A DNA stretch of 64,000 nt. Source: Schmidtea polychroa (lineage: Eukaryota). Shown here one piece after another: positions 1-13,507 of this stretch. The stretch is from the NCBI GenBank assembly GCA_044892525.1, contig CM097888.1, forward strand, positions 34,534,001-34,598,000, written 5' to 3'. The notes beneath the pieces were generated by a model, which saw only the letters and a program-made list of their open reading frames with translations, searched no databases and was not told where the DNA came from. Within the stretch, counting starts at the first letter, position 1; each line of letters starts with the position of its first letter. The position numbers and the translations under genes are program-made.

Positions 1-23
1 TCAAAAAGCACGAGGAGTCAGAG

Positions 24-3000
24 CAGGGGCGCTCCAATCGGGCGTGCAACGCGTGCGTGGCACGCAGGCGGCCGTTTGAAAGGCGGCAAATTAAAAAAAT
101 GCATTTGCAAAAACAAGAATTTCATTTTGTAAAATTCATTTTTTCATTTTGTAAAATAAAAAAAAAGTTTCGACTATTTTGTTACTGAACGCACACAGTT
201 TGTGTAGTATCATTGAACGCACTCCATTAATTTTTATATATCTGTCTTGGCTTGTCATTGACAAATACTATTACACTAAATAACTTTGACAAGTTGTCAA
301 GGTCATTTAGTGTTTTAATTTTGGATTCAAAACAACATTAATATTTCCAGTTTTTAAATTTATAAAAATCAATAAGATTTTTATTTTAAAAAAAAATAGA
401 GATATATAATATTAGATTAGAAAGCAGGATTGTATTATAGAATTTGGTAAGTATAATGCAACTTTTTCTATATTTTTGTTAAACATAAGTGTTATGATGT
501 ACGTTAGATATTTATTATTTGTATTATTTGCACCATTAGATATGACCGGAAGAAAAACAAAACGTTTATCTGGCTCACAATACAAAAAGCAGCGTTTAAA
601 TAAACTGAAATCAATGCAGAGTTTGAAGAATTCGCTTTCAAAATATTTTGAAAATACACCAACAGCGTCGTCAAGCACACCTATAGAAATAGAAAATAAT
701 GTTACCATATCTGTTGACAATAATAAAAGTTCTAGCGATAGCGATGAGAATGAATATGAAATTTTTACAGAAATTCGGTCTGAAAATTCATCTGTTGGAA
801 ATTCATCTGACGAAATTTGTGAAGCAAATATAATATTGGACGATCCAGGTATGTGGGCAAATAATATATCAAGTATTACCGCACGTAACCTTGTTGAAAG
901 AGGACCGATTCAAATAAAAAATTTCGAATTTCCATTGTCAAGTGGGCGTAAATTTTCAAAAAAGTATTATTTAAGACAATTGTCGAACGGAGAAGAAACA
1001 CAACGCGAATGGCTTGTGTATTCAATTACTAAAAATTCTGTGTATTGTTTTTGCTGTAGGATATTTGATTTCAGTGATAAAAGCAGTCTATCCGATTCAT
1101 CTGGTTTTTCTGATTGGCAACATTTATCGTTAACTTTGTCTCGACATGAAAAAAGTCAGTTTCATAATGAAAATATAAAAAAATGGATATTGTTAAATAA
1201 ATCATTAAAAAATAATATTACAAGCCGAACGAAAGTATTGGTATGAAGTAATTCAACGAATAATATCTATTATTCAATATCTTTCTAGGCAATGCCTTGC
1301 CATAAGAGGAAAGTCAAATCAATTATATGCAAATAACAATGGAAACTTTTTGAAAGCAGTAGAAATGGTTGCCAGATTTGACCCTATTATGCAAGAGCAT
1401 GTACAACGGATTGAAAAGTCTCGAAACAATTTGAAATATATGCCTCATTATTTGGGGATAAAATACAAAACGAAATTATCAATATTATTAGCACAAGTAT
1501 TAAAAACGCTATATTAGATTTAATTAGAAAAGCAAAATATTTTTCAATTATATTAGATTGCACACCAGATGTTAGTCATACTGAGCAATTAACTATTGTA
1601 ATAAGAATTGTGAATTTGGAATCAAAAAAAATTGAAATACGTGAACATTTTTTGGGTTTCTATCAAATAACAAATACTACCGGCGAGGGGTTAACCGAAT
1701 TTGTTTCAAAAGAACTTTCAAATCTAAATTTAAATATTCATAATATGCATGGACAGGGATATGACAATGGTGCCAATATGCGAGGAAAGCATAATGGCTT
1801 ACAAAAAAGAATTTTAAATATCAACCCGCGAGCATTTTTTGTACCATGTTCTGCTCATAGCTTAAATTTAGTTGTTAATGATGCGGCACATATTTCACAT
1901 GAAACAGTAACATTTTTTGATTTAGTACAAGAAATATATGTAGTTTTTTCGGCGTCAACTAAAAGATGGGCGATAATAGTAAAATATTTACCGAATTTAA
2001 AATTTAAACCCCTGAGCGATACAAGGTGGTCAAGTAGAATTGATGCCATACAACCACTAAGGTATCATACTGAACAAATTTATAAATCTCTTCTTGAAAT
2101 ATCAAATGATCAATTGATTGACTTTAAAACCAGACATGTGGCAAATTCTCTTTCACTAAAAATATCAAGTTATCGTTATTTATGTTCCATTGTTATTTGG
2201 CATGAAATTTTGATGAAAATTAATGTTGTTAGTCAAATATTACAGAACCCAAACACCGATATCAATAGAAGCGTTACCGCGTTAGATGATTTAATAGAGT
2301 TTTTTAAAAATTGTCGTAATGATAATGGATTTGAAAAAATGCTTACATCAGCTAGTGAATTAGCCGAAAAATTACACGTAGAACCTAAATTTCCAGAAGT
2401 TTCAAGTTTAAGAATAAGAAGAAAAACAACAAATTTTGATTATGAAGGCAAGGATGAACCAATATTAGATCCAAAAACAAATTTTAAAATTAACTTTTAT
2501 TTCTGCATTATCGACCAAGCATTAGTATCAATTACAACAAGATTCGAAGCGTTAAAATCGTATAATGATATATTTGATTTATGTATAATATTAAAGATAT
2601 AACAGAAGAAATACTTTTGAAAAGCTGCAAAGATTTACATTTGAAATTAACTGACGAACAAAGAAATGAGTCCGATATTAATGGAATTGATTTATTCGAA
2701 GAGATAAGAACTATAAAGGTATTTTTAAAAGAAGAAGATATTAAACCTCAATCTATATTATTATATATTTTACAAAATGATCTTCAGGCAACATTCCCAA
2801 ATATATTTATTGTGACCAGAATTCTATTAACATTACCAATCTCAGTTGCAACAGGTGAAAGATCGTTTTCAAAATTGAAGATAATTAAAAATTATTTACG
2901 ATCAACTATGCTCCAGGAACGTTTAAGTAATATATCAATAATTTCAATAGAACAAGAAATCCTAGATAATTTAGATATGCATGACTTAATTTCACAATTT

Positions 3001-3302
3001 GCTTTGAACAAGGCAAGAAAAGTCTCTTTTGTATGAGTAGTAAACTATTAATTTCATAAACTTTCTATTGTTTGTGTGTACTAAACTATAACTTTCCTAA
3101 ACTTATCTGTTTTGTGATTAATAAACTATAATTTTCATAAACTATTGCATGTGATATGTGTGTTCTTCCGTAGTTAGTTTAATTTTTACTTTAATTAAAT
3201 GTTATTTTTATTGTGGATTATAGAAACTTTTTTGCAGCAAGGATGAAGAGCGGCGGGAAATTATTTTGCACTCAAGCGGCCTAACAGCTCGGCGCGCCCC
3301 TG
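24..3302 (+). mobile_element. hAT-superfamily DNA transposon (ZMYM1/TTF-zinc-finger type), full length, 3279 bp
   Basis: TIRs CAGGGGCGC[T/G]CC at 24-35 and 3291-3302; perfect 8-bp TSD AGTCAGAG at 16-23 and 3303-3310; internal transposase. Confidence 0.95.
542..3036 (+). pseudogene. hAT transposase, frameshifted (~3 shifts near 1225, 1455, 2590)
   Basis: REWLVYS..VYCFCC..WQHL..HE (TTF-type Zn finger); FSIILDCTPD (first catalytic Asp); GQGYDNGANM; PCSAHSLNL; SDTRWS; C-terminal dimerisation motif ATGERSFSKLKIIKNYLRSTMLQERL. Confidence 0.9.
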
Positions 3303-5619
3303 AGTCAGAGTCCCAATCCATACTAAAGTGTGCGTGTACTTGCGTTTGTACGCATTCATGCATGACTGTTGAAAATTTTTCCATTCGAAATTTTTGTAAA
3401 AATAATCCCCGAATAAAATAATACCTCTCAAAAACTTTTAATAATTAGTTGTAAATTTTCAAAAAAAAATTTGATAAGTTATAAATTAATTTATTATTAA
3501 TTACCAACTCACTACAAAGAAAAATCCACAAACATTTTGCAATTTCTAGACAATTTCAAATATTTTTAAAAGATTGTCATATAAAAAAGTTTGTTTTAAT
3601 TAATTTATCCTTTTCTGGAAGTTTAAGACTGTCTTAGAGATTTCTAGGGGAAAACTTATTAAGATAAATAAACTAAACTATTAAAACAACAATAATTATT
3701 TTTAAATTTAATTTTCAATTAATTTAAGTACAAACCTGAGCAAATAAACATTAGAAATTATGTTACTAGTTTAAACAAATAAACTAATTTCATGAAAACC
3801 AAATGATAATGGATTAGAAGTCACTTTACTTAGCTTTGCTTCAGTGCAATCATTTTAATGCTATCCAGCAGGCAAATTTAAACCTATATTTTTGATNNNN
3901 NNNNNNNNNNNNNNNNNNNNNNNNNNNNNNNNNNNNNNNNNNNNNNNNNNNNNNNNNNNNNNNNNNNNNNNNNNNNNNNNNNNNNNNNNNNNNNNNNNNN
4001 NNNNNNNNNNNNNNNNNNNNNNNNNNNNNNNNNNNNNNNNNNNNNNNNNNNNNNNNNNNNNNNNNNNNNNNNNNNNNNNNNNNNNNNNNNNNNNNNNNNN
4101 NNNNNNNNNTGTTTTCCTTTGCTTTTTGTTGATATCTGTTATTTAAAATTAAAAATATTCAAACAAATTGAAGTAAAAAATGAAACAATTCTGTTTTTAT
4201 AACATTTAAGAAAATTTTAATTTTTAAAAATTATCTACCTTCTCTATATATAAGAAATTAGAATTATTTGGTTGATAATTCGTAATTATTAAACAAATAC
4301 TTATCGTATGTTATAAATGTTTTTTGTAGGAAGAAGCATAATAAAATGTAAAACAATTGCAGAAATTTCAAATTGACTTTCTCCACTTTGACCCCTTTCC
4401 CGTTTCAGAATTCAATAATTTCAATGAGTAACTTAACTTTTCCATATGCGTAATGTGACCTGAGTTTGACTAATTAGCGTATTAACATTTCAATAAGTCA
4501 ACACCTCCTCCTACAAAACAGCAAAATTTCATCATTCAAGAGCTTGTATGAATATTTTGTAAATGTTTTCTATTTCTCTCAGTTAAACAACATATTCGCA
4601 GTCTATCAACATTANNNNNNNNNNNNNNNNNNNNNNNNNNNNNNNNNNNNNNNNNNNNNNNNNNNNNNNNNNNNNNNNNNNNNNNNNNNNNNNNNNNNNN
4701 NNNNNNNNNNNNNNNNNNNNNNNNNNNNNNNNNNNNNNNNNNNNNNNNNNNNNNNNNNNNNNNNNNNNNNAATATATTATTCTTTAATTTAACATTGTCG
4801 TCGCCCAATTTTTATTACAGCTATTTTAAACAATCAGTAACAGTTATAGACTGATGATTTTTTACTTAATTCGAGTAATTGAACCGGGCCCCTCTCACAG
4901 GATGAACCCAGTGAATAAAAGTGATATCACTCGAGGGAAATTATTTCTAAATTGAGCAGAAGATTGCTTAGAAAATTAATGTAATACAGATATTGTCTTG
5001 GTGCAATACTCTCAGCACGGATTGAAAAAGGAAATGTAATTTAATTATCTACATTTCTCTGTTGTTTGTCGGAGATGCGTCAGGAACATCTGAAGAAATG
5101 GACCCAAGTGCGGATGTCACATAGCTGATTGAATAAAACAATTTCATCAATAACTGGTGGTGAAGATTGTTTTTGGGGCGGTAAATTATTAGTCTAGTTG
5201 GTGCTTATCACAATGAATTATTATGACGATTCTAGAGGTGTTATGTTTGTAGGTCTTTTTTTGCATTTCTTTCCTGTGTCACCTGAGAGATGCGTTTTCC
5301 CTTTTTTATAATTATCGCCAACATTGGAATGTCCAACGTCTTGTCACTGATAGAGGCATGTTCAATTTTTATCAGTGGAATTTTAAATTTAATAAAACAA
5401 ATTATTATTTATCTAGGATTAAAAAATTGAAATATGAAAACGTTTTAACGGTTTGACCTCACTCTGTACATTCAGTACCAAAAGTTTAGGAGAATCATTC
5501 TGTAGGACGCCTGTTAATTTGAGGTAACCTAATACCTTTGTTGTTGGGTTTTGAAAGTCAGTTTGAAGATGGACATATATATTTTATTTATAAGAAACAG
5601 TTTGACAATAAAAAATTAA

Positions 5620-6250
5620 ACCACAGTTGAGCAAAAGGTTTCCCGATTCTTGGCTAATCATGAAAAATGATTTCGTTGATTTCATAAATAATGAACAAAA
5701 AAACCTTTCAATTCAAAATAAAAATTAAATTAAAATGGATAAGGTTCTGATGTCCTTTGATATTCCTGCCAACAGAATCGTCCATGTTTGTAGCAAAAAC
5801 AGTTAAAATTAGAAATATTTAAAAGATTTACTGTGCCGCGCGAAAACTTTCCAAACGATGTCATTGTTGTGTAGAATAAGAATGAAAGGATGGATGAATG
5901 AATCTGTGTTGAAAAATGCTTAATAACTCGTCCGGGAGCATTTTTTTGCTAAAAGATCATTATTAATTATGGACTCAATGTCTACTAATCGTCTTTCATC
6001 TAGTAAAGTATTATTTAAAGGTTTTGAAATTATTCCAGGTATATATCCGTGAATCATTCATTTAATTATTTTATTAGAAGAAAATTGGACGAGTGGATGA
6101 TAACCAGAAAGTATAATTTACAAAATCTGGAAGGGAAAATAAAGTATCTTTTTCTGAAGTGTTCAAGTGGATTGTTTCAGCCTGAAAAGAAGTTAAGATC
6201 AGTAATAATTATTAATGGATTTGTTAAATCTAATCTTATTGAGAAAAAAA
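5620..6250 (+). mobile_element. Decayed pogo/Tigger-type (Tc1/mariner superfamily) DDE transposase fragment
   Basis: Broken motifs TTVEQK, RENFPNDV, GWMNE, LLIMDSMST, IIPG, VNHSF; three GTAGGTCAAAT subterminal-like repeats at ~6359, 6479, 6521. Confidence 0.55.
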
Positions 6251-6959
6251 CACCAGTAGATGGATTGGCCACCAGAGGATCAGATACCCTATATCATGGG
6301 GTAAGAAAATTTTTTCTAAAATTCCTAGTATTTTTATTTAGATCACCAAAACTTTTATGTAGGTCAAATAAATTTTTTAATTTTTCATAATATTCAATAT
6401 TTTTTCATAAATTTTTCTAAGTTTTTATTATTTTTCGCGATTTTTAAGCTATTTTCACGAAATTTTTTCAGAGCTTTATGTAGGTCAAATCGACTTTAAA
6501 AACAGGCCACGCTGGATCAAGTAGGTCAAATAAAAAATAAGTGACGAGAATGAAGAGGAATTTGTGGGAAAACACTTTTTGTTGTCAGATATAGTCTGAT
6601 GTTGCAGGATTTTCATCTGAAATTAAATAAAGGTTTTATCTAAATATTTTTTCATTAACTAATTATATTATAGACAATAAAATGCATCAAATTTTTAGAA
6701 AAAAATGTAAAAATATTCGAGTATGTTAGGCACCCGTTCTTTATTGACTTTATATCTCGATGTAGAAGTAAAATACACTCTTCGGCTTCTTCATTTCGTG
6801 ATTTTTCATACTTATACGCTCTGAGCTGCCATTCTCCAATATTAGATAATTAGTAAACTGTATAATATTTTCATTTTGTTTTTATATATCCGAAATTTGT
6901 GAAATGCCCATTCTTTAGACAAAACCCCTCAATGCATCTCTTTTTAAGGCATCGATAAT

Positions 6960-8900
6960 ATTGAACTTGTCTTTTAATGATAGAAAAATACGTTTTCTTT
7001 GAGGCCAAGGATATCACAGAGAAAGTGTTTTCAATTAAATTGGCACCATTGTCAGAACATATTCTCAGATTAAACTCAATTTTACTATTACCCTCCTAAC
7101 AATTCGAACTCCTGGTCTTTCACCATTGCTGACACAAGGAGACCCATCTTTGGAGCAGACTTTCTCAATCACTATAAACTACTTGTTGACTGCGTTCACA
7201 GGAAATTATTGACTTCTCCTGAAACAAATCAGACTACAACAATGAAATCGACAAATATACCATTAATAATAACCCCATCATTCCTAAACGAGAACTTTCC
7301 ATCTCTTCTGTGCCATAGACTGTGATTGCACTACGGAGTTTTCTCGGAACCGTCAACTTCTGTAGAAAGTTTATTCCTAACTTCTCGTCTTTAATTGTTT
7401 CTTTAACTTCATTATTTCAGGGATCAAAAAGTTCAAAAATCATTTGGACAGAAAATAGTGAAAATAGTGAAAATGCATTTCAATCAGTGAAAGCGCTTTG
7501 CAAAGCATTGTTTTACTGAACTTTCCAGACACAAAATTACCACTCAAATTCACCACTCATAGCCATATGTGATGTTCTTACTCAACTGAAAAACAATACA
7601 CCCCAGGCTTTAGAGTTCTTTTCGCATAAAATAAGTACAGTTCAAACTCGATATTCGACCTTTAACAAAGAAATTTTTGGATTACACCTTTCAGTCAAAC
7701 ATTTTGAATATTTGTTAATTGGCAGGAAATTTAGATTAAAAAACTTAGATCAATTAGACACCTTTCCGAATTAGATCTAAGTATAGAGTTTGTTTTTTTT
7801 CGCGAATCGAAATTTACAAAATTTCTTTTGAACCACTTTTTGACATAGAGACACTAAGACATGGCCAAACTGACCAAGATGAATTGAAACTTTTCAAGAA
7901 TCCCTCAATTATTTGCAAAGATGTTTTCTTTGATTTAACGTTTCCATGTTGCTCACGTCTTGTTCTTCGTAAAGCTATTAGACGGTCAACGTTTAAGCCA
8001 ATTCACGATACCATTCACTGTGGAATTCAAGCAACCTATGAATTATTACGTATCAAAGTCACTTAGACCTGTAAGTTCAAAGATGTGAAATTATGGTACA
8101 TATCGTGTTTTAGTTCTCAACTAAATAAAATATCACCCCATACCGCCCCTCCACTTATATATTATCCTACATGCCGTCGTTTTGACACAGTCCATCTTGA
8201 CACTGTAGGCGATTGACCATGATATTTCGTAATACTAGATGGTCAGAATCCTTCTCAATTTATTCCACCACTACTAAAAAGATTGTCAAAATATTTGTCA
8301 ATAACTAGTTTGTAAGATTCGTTATTCCAAAATATATAATAACTGATCAGGGAAAATAATTTGAATATCATATATTTGCTTCACTTACAAAGTCTATGGG
8401 ATCGCAACGACTTCAGACGACCACTTTCCATCCTCAGACTTACTACTTAGTGGAAAGATTCCACTACGTACTATCTTAATAAGCCACGACTGGTAACACG
8501 CTCTCCCACTCATACTATTGGGGTGGAATAACATTCCCAATAATCGATATGGGGCATACCCTGCTCAACTTCTGGATTTAATATTTCATAGTAAATTACC
8601 TATTTTATCCAGAAGCACCAACATTTGATACGCAGCTAAAAACGGCCATGGAATATTTCCGAAACTTTAACACAACACCAAACTCCCCCAGCCACCTAAA
8701 AATCTACATCTCAATTAACTTATCAGATTCAAAGTATTTCTGGCTTTCGCGAGAATCACCAGCATAGCTGCAATCTTGCTATTACGGGTCTTTCAAAGTA
8801 GTAAAGATACATCCCGAAAACAATAATATAATAATAATTGTTGTTGACCGTCACAACAAGTAAACTTTTGCAAAACCAAACCCTCTTTTCAACAAGATGA
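6960..8900 (+). mobile_element. Decayed Gypsy-type LTR retrotransposon pol (protease, RT C-end/RNase H, integrase)
   Basis: FTIADTRRPIFGADFLNHYKLLVD (protease end); LRSFLGTVNFCRKFIPNFS; RYSTFNKEI..VKHFEYLLIGRKF (RNase H); HDTIHCG (HHCC); IITDQG..FHPQ..VERFH (integrase); many stops and frameshifts. Confidence 0.85.
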
Positions 8901-8974
8901 CTAAGCTGATGCTAAGCAACAGAGATCGCCATTTTTGTAGTGTCAGTCCACTTTTTTTAATGGGGGTTGAGAGC

Positions 8975-9126
8975 TGTATACTGTTAAAAATTTTAATTAA
9001 ATCAATCATTTTGGTGTCACATAAATATTGAATTGAAAATAAACTTTTTTAATAAATGTATTTTACGTGTTTCGTTATTTCTTATTCAATTTATTTCTTA
9101 TTTCACCATTTTTTATCATGGCTACA
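8975..9126 (+). repeat. Candidate short 3' LTR of the Gypsy relic
   Basis: Follows a purine-rich tract (AATGGGGGTTGAGAGC), starts TGT, ends ACA, contains AATAAA; no matching 5' LTR seen. Confidence 0.35.
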
Positions 9127-9559
9127 AACCAGCAACGAGTGACACCGCTTGAGTCATTATATTAGCCGTTTATTTTGACGGTGAAGCAAGTCCATTTTTT
9201 GTTATAATGAAATATTTAAAAATTTGCTTTCCAGTAAATTTAAGATATTGATAATTACTAACATCCAACTTTTGTGTGCTTTTTAGTTATAGATAATGTA
9301 AATTTATTATCCAATAATTATTATTAAAGATGTCTGAAAAAAATAACAAGTTTGTTATACCACTTTCAAATAAACGGCTCATATGAATTATTAATAAAGC
9401 TTACTTATTTTTGCTTCTTAAATTTTCATTCTACTGGGCTTTTTCTAAATAAAAATAGTGACACAAAATTATATTGAATTTTTAAATGGTCTTTATACAA
9501 AATTATAATATTATAAGAATTTTTTTTTCCAATTTCACCACTAATTATTTTTTCCATTG

Positions 9560-9749
9560 AATTTATTAAAAAGAGAGTTTGAAGACTATAAATCAGTAAT
9601 ATATCGATGTTTTTTGATACTCACGAATTTTCAGCACTGCCTTTTTCAAGTAAATTCACTTGAAAAAGGCAGTGCGGAAAATTCGTGAGTATCAAAAAAC
9701 ATCGATATATTACTGATTTATAGTCTTCAAGCTCTCTTTTTAATAAATT
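9560..9749. repeat. Near-perfect palindrome/foldback element: 92-bp arms, 6-nt loop (MITE-like)
   Basis: 9560-9651 is the reverse complement of 9658-9749 with 2 mismatches; loop AAATTC; TTAA near both outer ends. Confidence 0.95.
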
Positions 9750-10767
9750 AAAATTATAATTCCTTTACGTCGTGTTTGTTTGGAACTTATGTACAGCCCA
9801 AATCGAGGTTTAGGGGTATTGAATAAATCTTTCTAAGTAAGCATCATCTCAAACATCCTATACCTCAAAATATGGAAAAGACATGTTTGAAATTGTCTGA
9901 ATATTTAAAAAAAAATAACAAAAATAATTAACGAATTTAATATCTCAGGTTGAATTTTTAATCTATTTCAAAAAGAAAAGCTCGAGGCGGAGAAGAAAGT
10001 AAATACTGGAAATTACTATTTAATAACAATCCGCACTGAAATAATCCAATCAGATGATGAAACTGGGAAATTTCTCCTCAACTGTTGTTGAGGCTGTTTT
10101 TAAAAAGAAAATTAGGCGTCGAATAAGAGTTGATATCGTTAAAAACAATTGAGTAAATATTTCGAACAGTAAGAAAACTATTTTCTGTCAGGCAACAGTC
10201 TTTTTATTGGTTTTCTGAATTCTACGGGGGTATGAGAAATGCTCGAAGCGATTTTATTCGAGATTCAAGCACAATTTTTGCTTTAAGATATATTTTAAAC
10301 GAAAAATGCCTATGGAACAAACTGATCGAGTATTGTTGTAAATTTGTGGGGAAAAAATCAATTTTTGGAAAATGTCTTTTATACCTTTTGAATCTCCCAA
10401 CTCCTGGCAAGTGAGTGTAAATTATTATTTTCAAATTTCTATGGATTTCTTTGCTGTTTTTTTTATTTTTTTTAATAATTAGATTTGGCATTGAGATATT
10501 ATTTAAAACAGTTTTCACGCTTTTAACAAATGACGTTTTGTTTGAAGTGTTTCAAACCGATAGAAGTGCTTCATTAACGGGCTTTTGTTTTATTTTTGGC
10601 GTGAATTAGATTTTTCTTTAAAATAGACAATTTATTCTGCGCAATATTCTGACTGAATTTTACTCGTATTTTGGTAAATATTTTCCAATTTTCATTTTTT
10701 AAGAATATGAATTTTTTTTGTGAATACAGTCAAGTTCATTTGAATTAATCTTTTATAATAAAAAATT

Positions 10768-10769
<2 letters not shown>

Positions 10770-10818
<49 letters not shown>
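10770..10818. repeat. (AAT)n microsatellite
   Basis: About 16 uninterrupted AAT units. Confidence 0.95.
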
Positions 10819-11641
10819 CCATAGGAATTTTTCATTTGCTTTCTTCATTTCCCTTTTCTANNNNNNNNNNNNNNNNNNNNNNNNNNNNNNNNNNNNNNNN
10901 NNNNNNNNNNNNNNNNNNNNNNNNNNNNNNNNNNNNNNNNNNNNNNNNNNNNNNNNNNNNNNNNNNNNNNNNNNNNNNNNNNNNNNNNNNNNNNNNNNNN
11001 NNNNNNNNNNNNNNNNNNNNNNNNNNNNNNNNNNNNGCTGATCGAATTAAGACTTTATGGTCTTTTGGCCTATAAAAGTGATAAATATTATTTTCTGTCA
11101 TGTTAAGAAAAAGGCAAAGTGAAAGAAAAGCTGAAAAGGAAGCACACATATCTAGTAAATTAATAGCGAGTTTTTTGAAAAATTCCAAGACGAATAATGC
11201 TGAATGTGTACAGTCTTTATATAATGAATCAGAAGACAACGGATGCCAGCTACTATTTTAAAATAAAGGAAAGAGAAAAATTGGATTTTTTCGCGGGGCC
11301 CGTTAAATTTTAAATAAAAAAATTAATTAACAGTTAGAATTTATATATTGAATTATAGATTTTAAATATTTATTTAAAACAAAATCCAATTATAAAAATC
11401 AAAATCATGATGCGCAAGGTAGACAAATTTCTATGTTAAAATATCTGTATCAAATATAAAAGTAACTGCATTTTAATGATAAGTTTTAATATTTCTTGAT
11501 TTTTAAATGAATATTAATACATAAAGATTTACCATGAAAAATCTTCTACGTAATATGTTCATAAATGAATATAACTTGTCTACAGTAACTATATATGCTA
11601 AAATGTTATTTAAATGCAATTGACTCTGATTCCAACTACAG

Positions 11642-11868
11642 CAGTGGTTCTTAACCTGGGGTCCATGGACCCCTAATGGGTCCGCGGAACTATTTACAAA
11701 AATCTTTTATTATTTTTGTTTGAAGCTGAATAAACAGATTTATAAATAATTATTGAAAAATGTATGTGTTTTACTATCAATTTATTAATTTTTTAACATT
11801 TCAGGGGTCCGTCGGTACCAATTATATATTTATGGGGTCCATAAGTTTGAAAAGGTTAAGAACCCCTG
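11642..11868. mobile_element. hAT (Charlie-like) MITE, 227 bp
   Basis: TIR CAG[T/G]GGTTCTTAACCT (16 bp, 1 mismatch); perfect 8-bp TSD AACTACAG at 11634-41 and 11869-76; GGGGTCC subterminal repeats. Confidence 0.92.
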
Positions 11869-12002
11869 AACTACAGTATTGTTTTAAGTAGGTACTGCTA
11901 AAATTTTGTTGTTATATTCTTAATAATAATATACCTAGATATTTATTTTTGTAACATGTACCATTTTTAAATATTTAATGTTTAACAACTTAACAGTTTT
12001 GC

Positions 12003-12111
12003 ACTAGCGTGACTCGGGCATTGATTTTGTTGACATAGTGTCATGCCCGAGCCTCGTTCGGACAAATTCTGTTATGACTTGTAGAGAGTGATTTTCACAA
12101 ACCGTGCTAGT
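12003..12111. mobile_element. Small Helitron-like non-autonomous element (tentative)
   Basis: ACTAGC...GCTAGT ends; internal inverted repeat CTCGGGCAT / ATGCCCGAG. Confidence 0.3.
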
Positions 12112-12606
12112 TCATGGGTTTTAATTAATTGTATAGGTAAATAGATTCAAATAAAATAAAAAATTGACAATTTTTGGACATCTTTTCGAAAAAAAATTAT
12201 ACTGTTAAGTGGTTTGTGTGCGGAGCCCGATTGGGTGCAATCGCTACAGTAGCCTCATTCCCGGCCCTGGATAAGATAAGGCTTTTTTGAAAAATATATA
12301 TTAACTGAAAGACTTTTCGCAAGAAAAAGAATTTTCTAATAATTAAAATTATTTTTATTTACTTATTTAACATTTAATTGATACTGCTACCATCATTGCA
12401 TACTTATAATTATTTTTGTTTGGTTAAAATAATTTATTAAATTAAATCAAGTGGTAAAAATTATTTAAAATTTTTTATAAGAAATAAAATATTTACTTGA
12501 AAATAAATGAAATAAAACTACATACAGTAGAGTAGCTAGTGAGTGTCAAAAGAGGCAGTCTACTCCGAGCGGCAATTTTATAAATTAAGAATTACTTAAG
12601 ATTTAC

Positions 12607-13129
12607 AATGAGTTCCTTCCAGTAATAAATCTTGCCATACTGTTTATATGACACGGTCTCACATTCAAAAGTGACTTCACCAATGTCTTGCCAGTTTCGT
12701 GATGAGAAATTCAAGCTAAATATCACTCTAAAATGTTGAAATAAAATTTTTCCCTTTAGAAATAATAGTGTTTAATTTTTTCTCTATATGCTGTTTTGAC
12801 TTTCTTTCTAAGAAGGCGTGGTATTCGTATTAAAATGAACTGGGCAACTACCTAATGTGCAAACCATAAAGGGGGAAATTCCAAATAGAAGTAGATAAGA
12901 TCTGGTATTTTCGCTTTTTATATTGAAATTGCAGTATGATCTCTATTTGTGTTACACTTTATAAAACGGCAACAAGTTCATAGCTTCTTCAACTAATTTG
13001 AAAAGAAATACCAATAAACTTGGTATAGGAATCAAAATAAATTAGCACTTATACCGAGTCTGAATATATGTTGTGTATTGAGAGTCCCAGCAAATTCTAA
13101 ATCACCACTGGATACATTTAAAAAAATGA
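12607..13129 (-). CDS. Three phase-compatible exons of an unidentified spliced gene, possibly cadherin-like beta-sandwich
   Basis: Exons 13129-13055, 12942-12852, 12715-12607 with GT..AG introns join into an open frame: IFLNVSSGDLEFAGTLNTQHIFRLEIILQFQYKKRKYQILSTSIWNFPLYGLHISLNFSSRNWQDIGEVTFECETVSYKQYGKIYYWKELI. Confidence 0.4.
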
Positions 13130-13507
13130 CTTTAAAATATAACCAGAAGTTCCAGTCAAATAGTGTATGTCAATTAAACATTCCCAACAAAAACGAAATT
13201 GAACAAAACCGGTGTAATCGATAGCGTGGTGGGCCCTCGTGCAGAGCTTCGGTGATGGGCCTCTTGTAGCCTTAATTGACTCGCTCCAATTACAAACAAA
13301 CAAGTCAAGAACGTATGCAAAATTACAAAAACTTATATTCTTGAAAAATATATAATTGTAAAAATTGTGCATACGACACAGTTGGATTGTTTAATCAAAA
13401 TAGCGACAATTAACGTCCTCCTTCAGACTTTAGGGGTGCCACTGGGTGTGACAAAAAATTTGTTTTAGTAAAATTTTCTATGTCTCCTTGATAATTCAAG
13501 CAAGCTG

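Noticed and set aside
412-720. 102-aa minus ORF
   Set aside because: Antisense shadow of the hAT transposase.
3892-4808. ORFs spanning N-runs (also 10.8, 17.0, 20.9, 43.0 and 49.8 kb)
   Set aside because: Open only because Ns are translated as X.
10157-10414. Plus frame ending at a GTGAGT donor, and an overlapping minus ORF
   Set aside because: No motif recognised and no compatible neighbouring exon found.
11036-11245. Minus exon-like segment (SSDSLYKDCTHS...)
   Set aside because: Phase does not join the 12607 exon and it runs into a gap; left uncalled.
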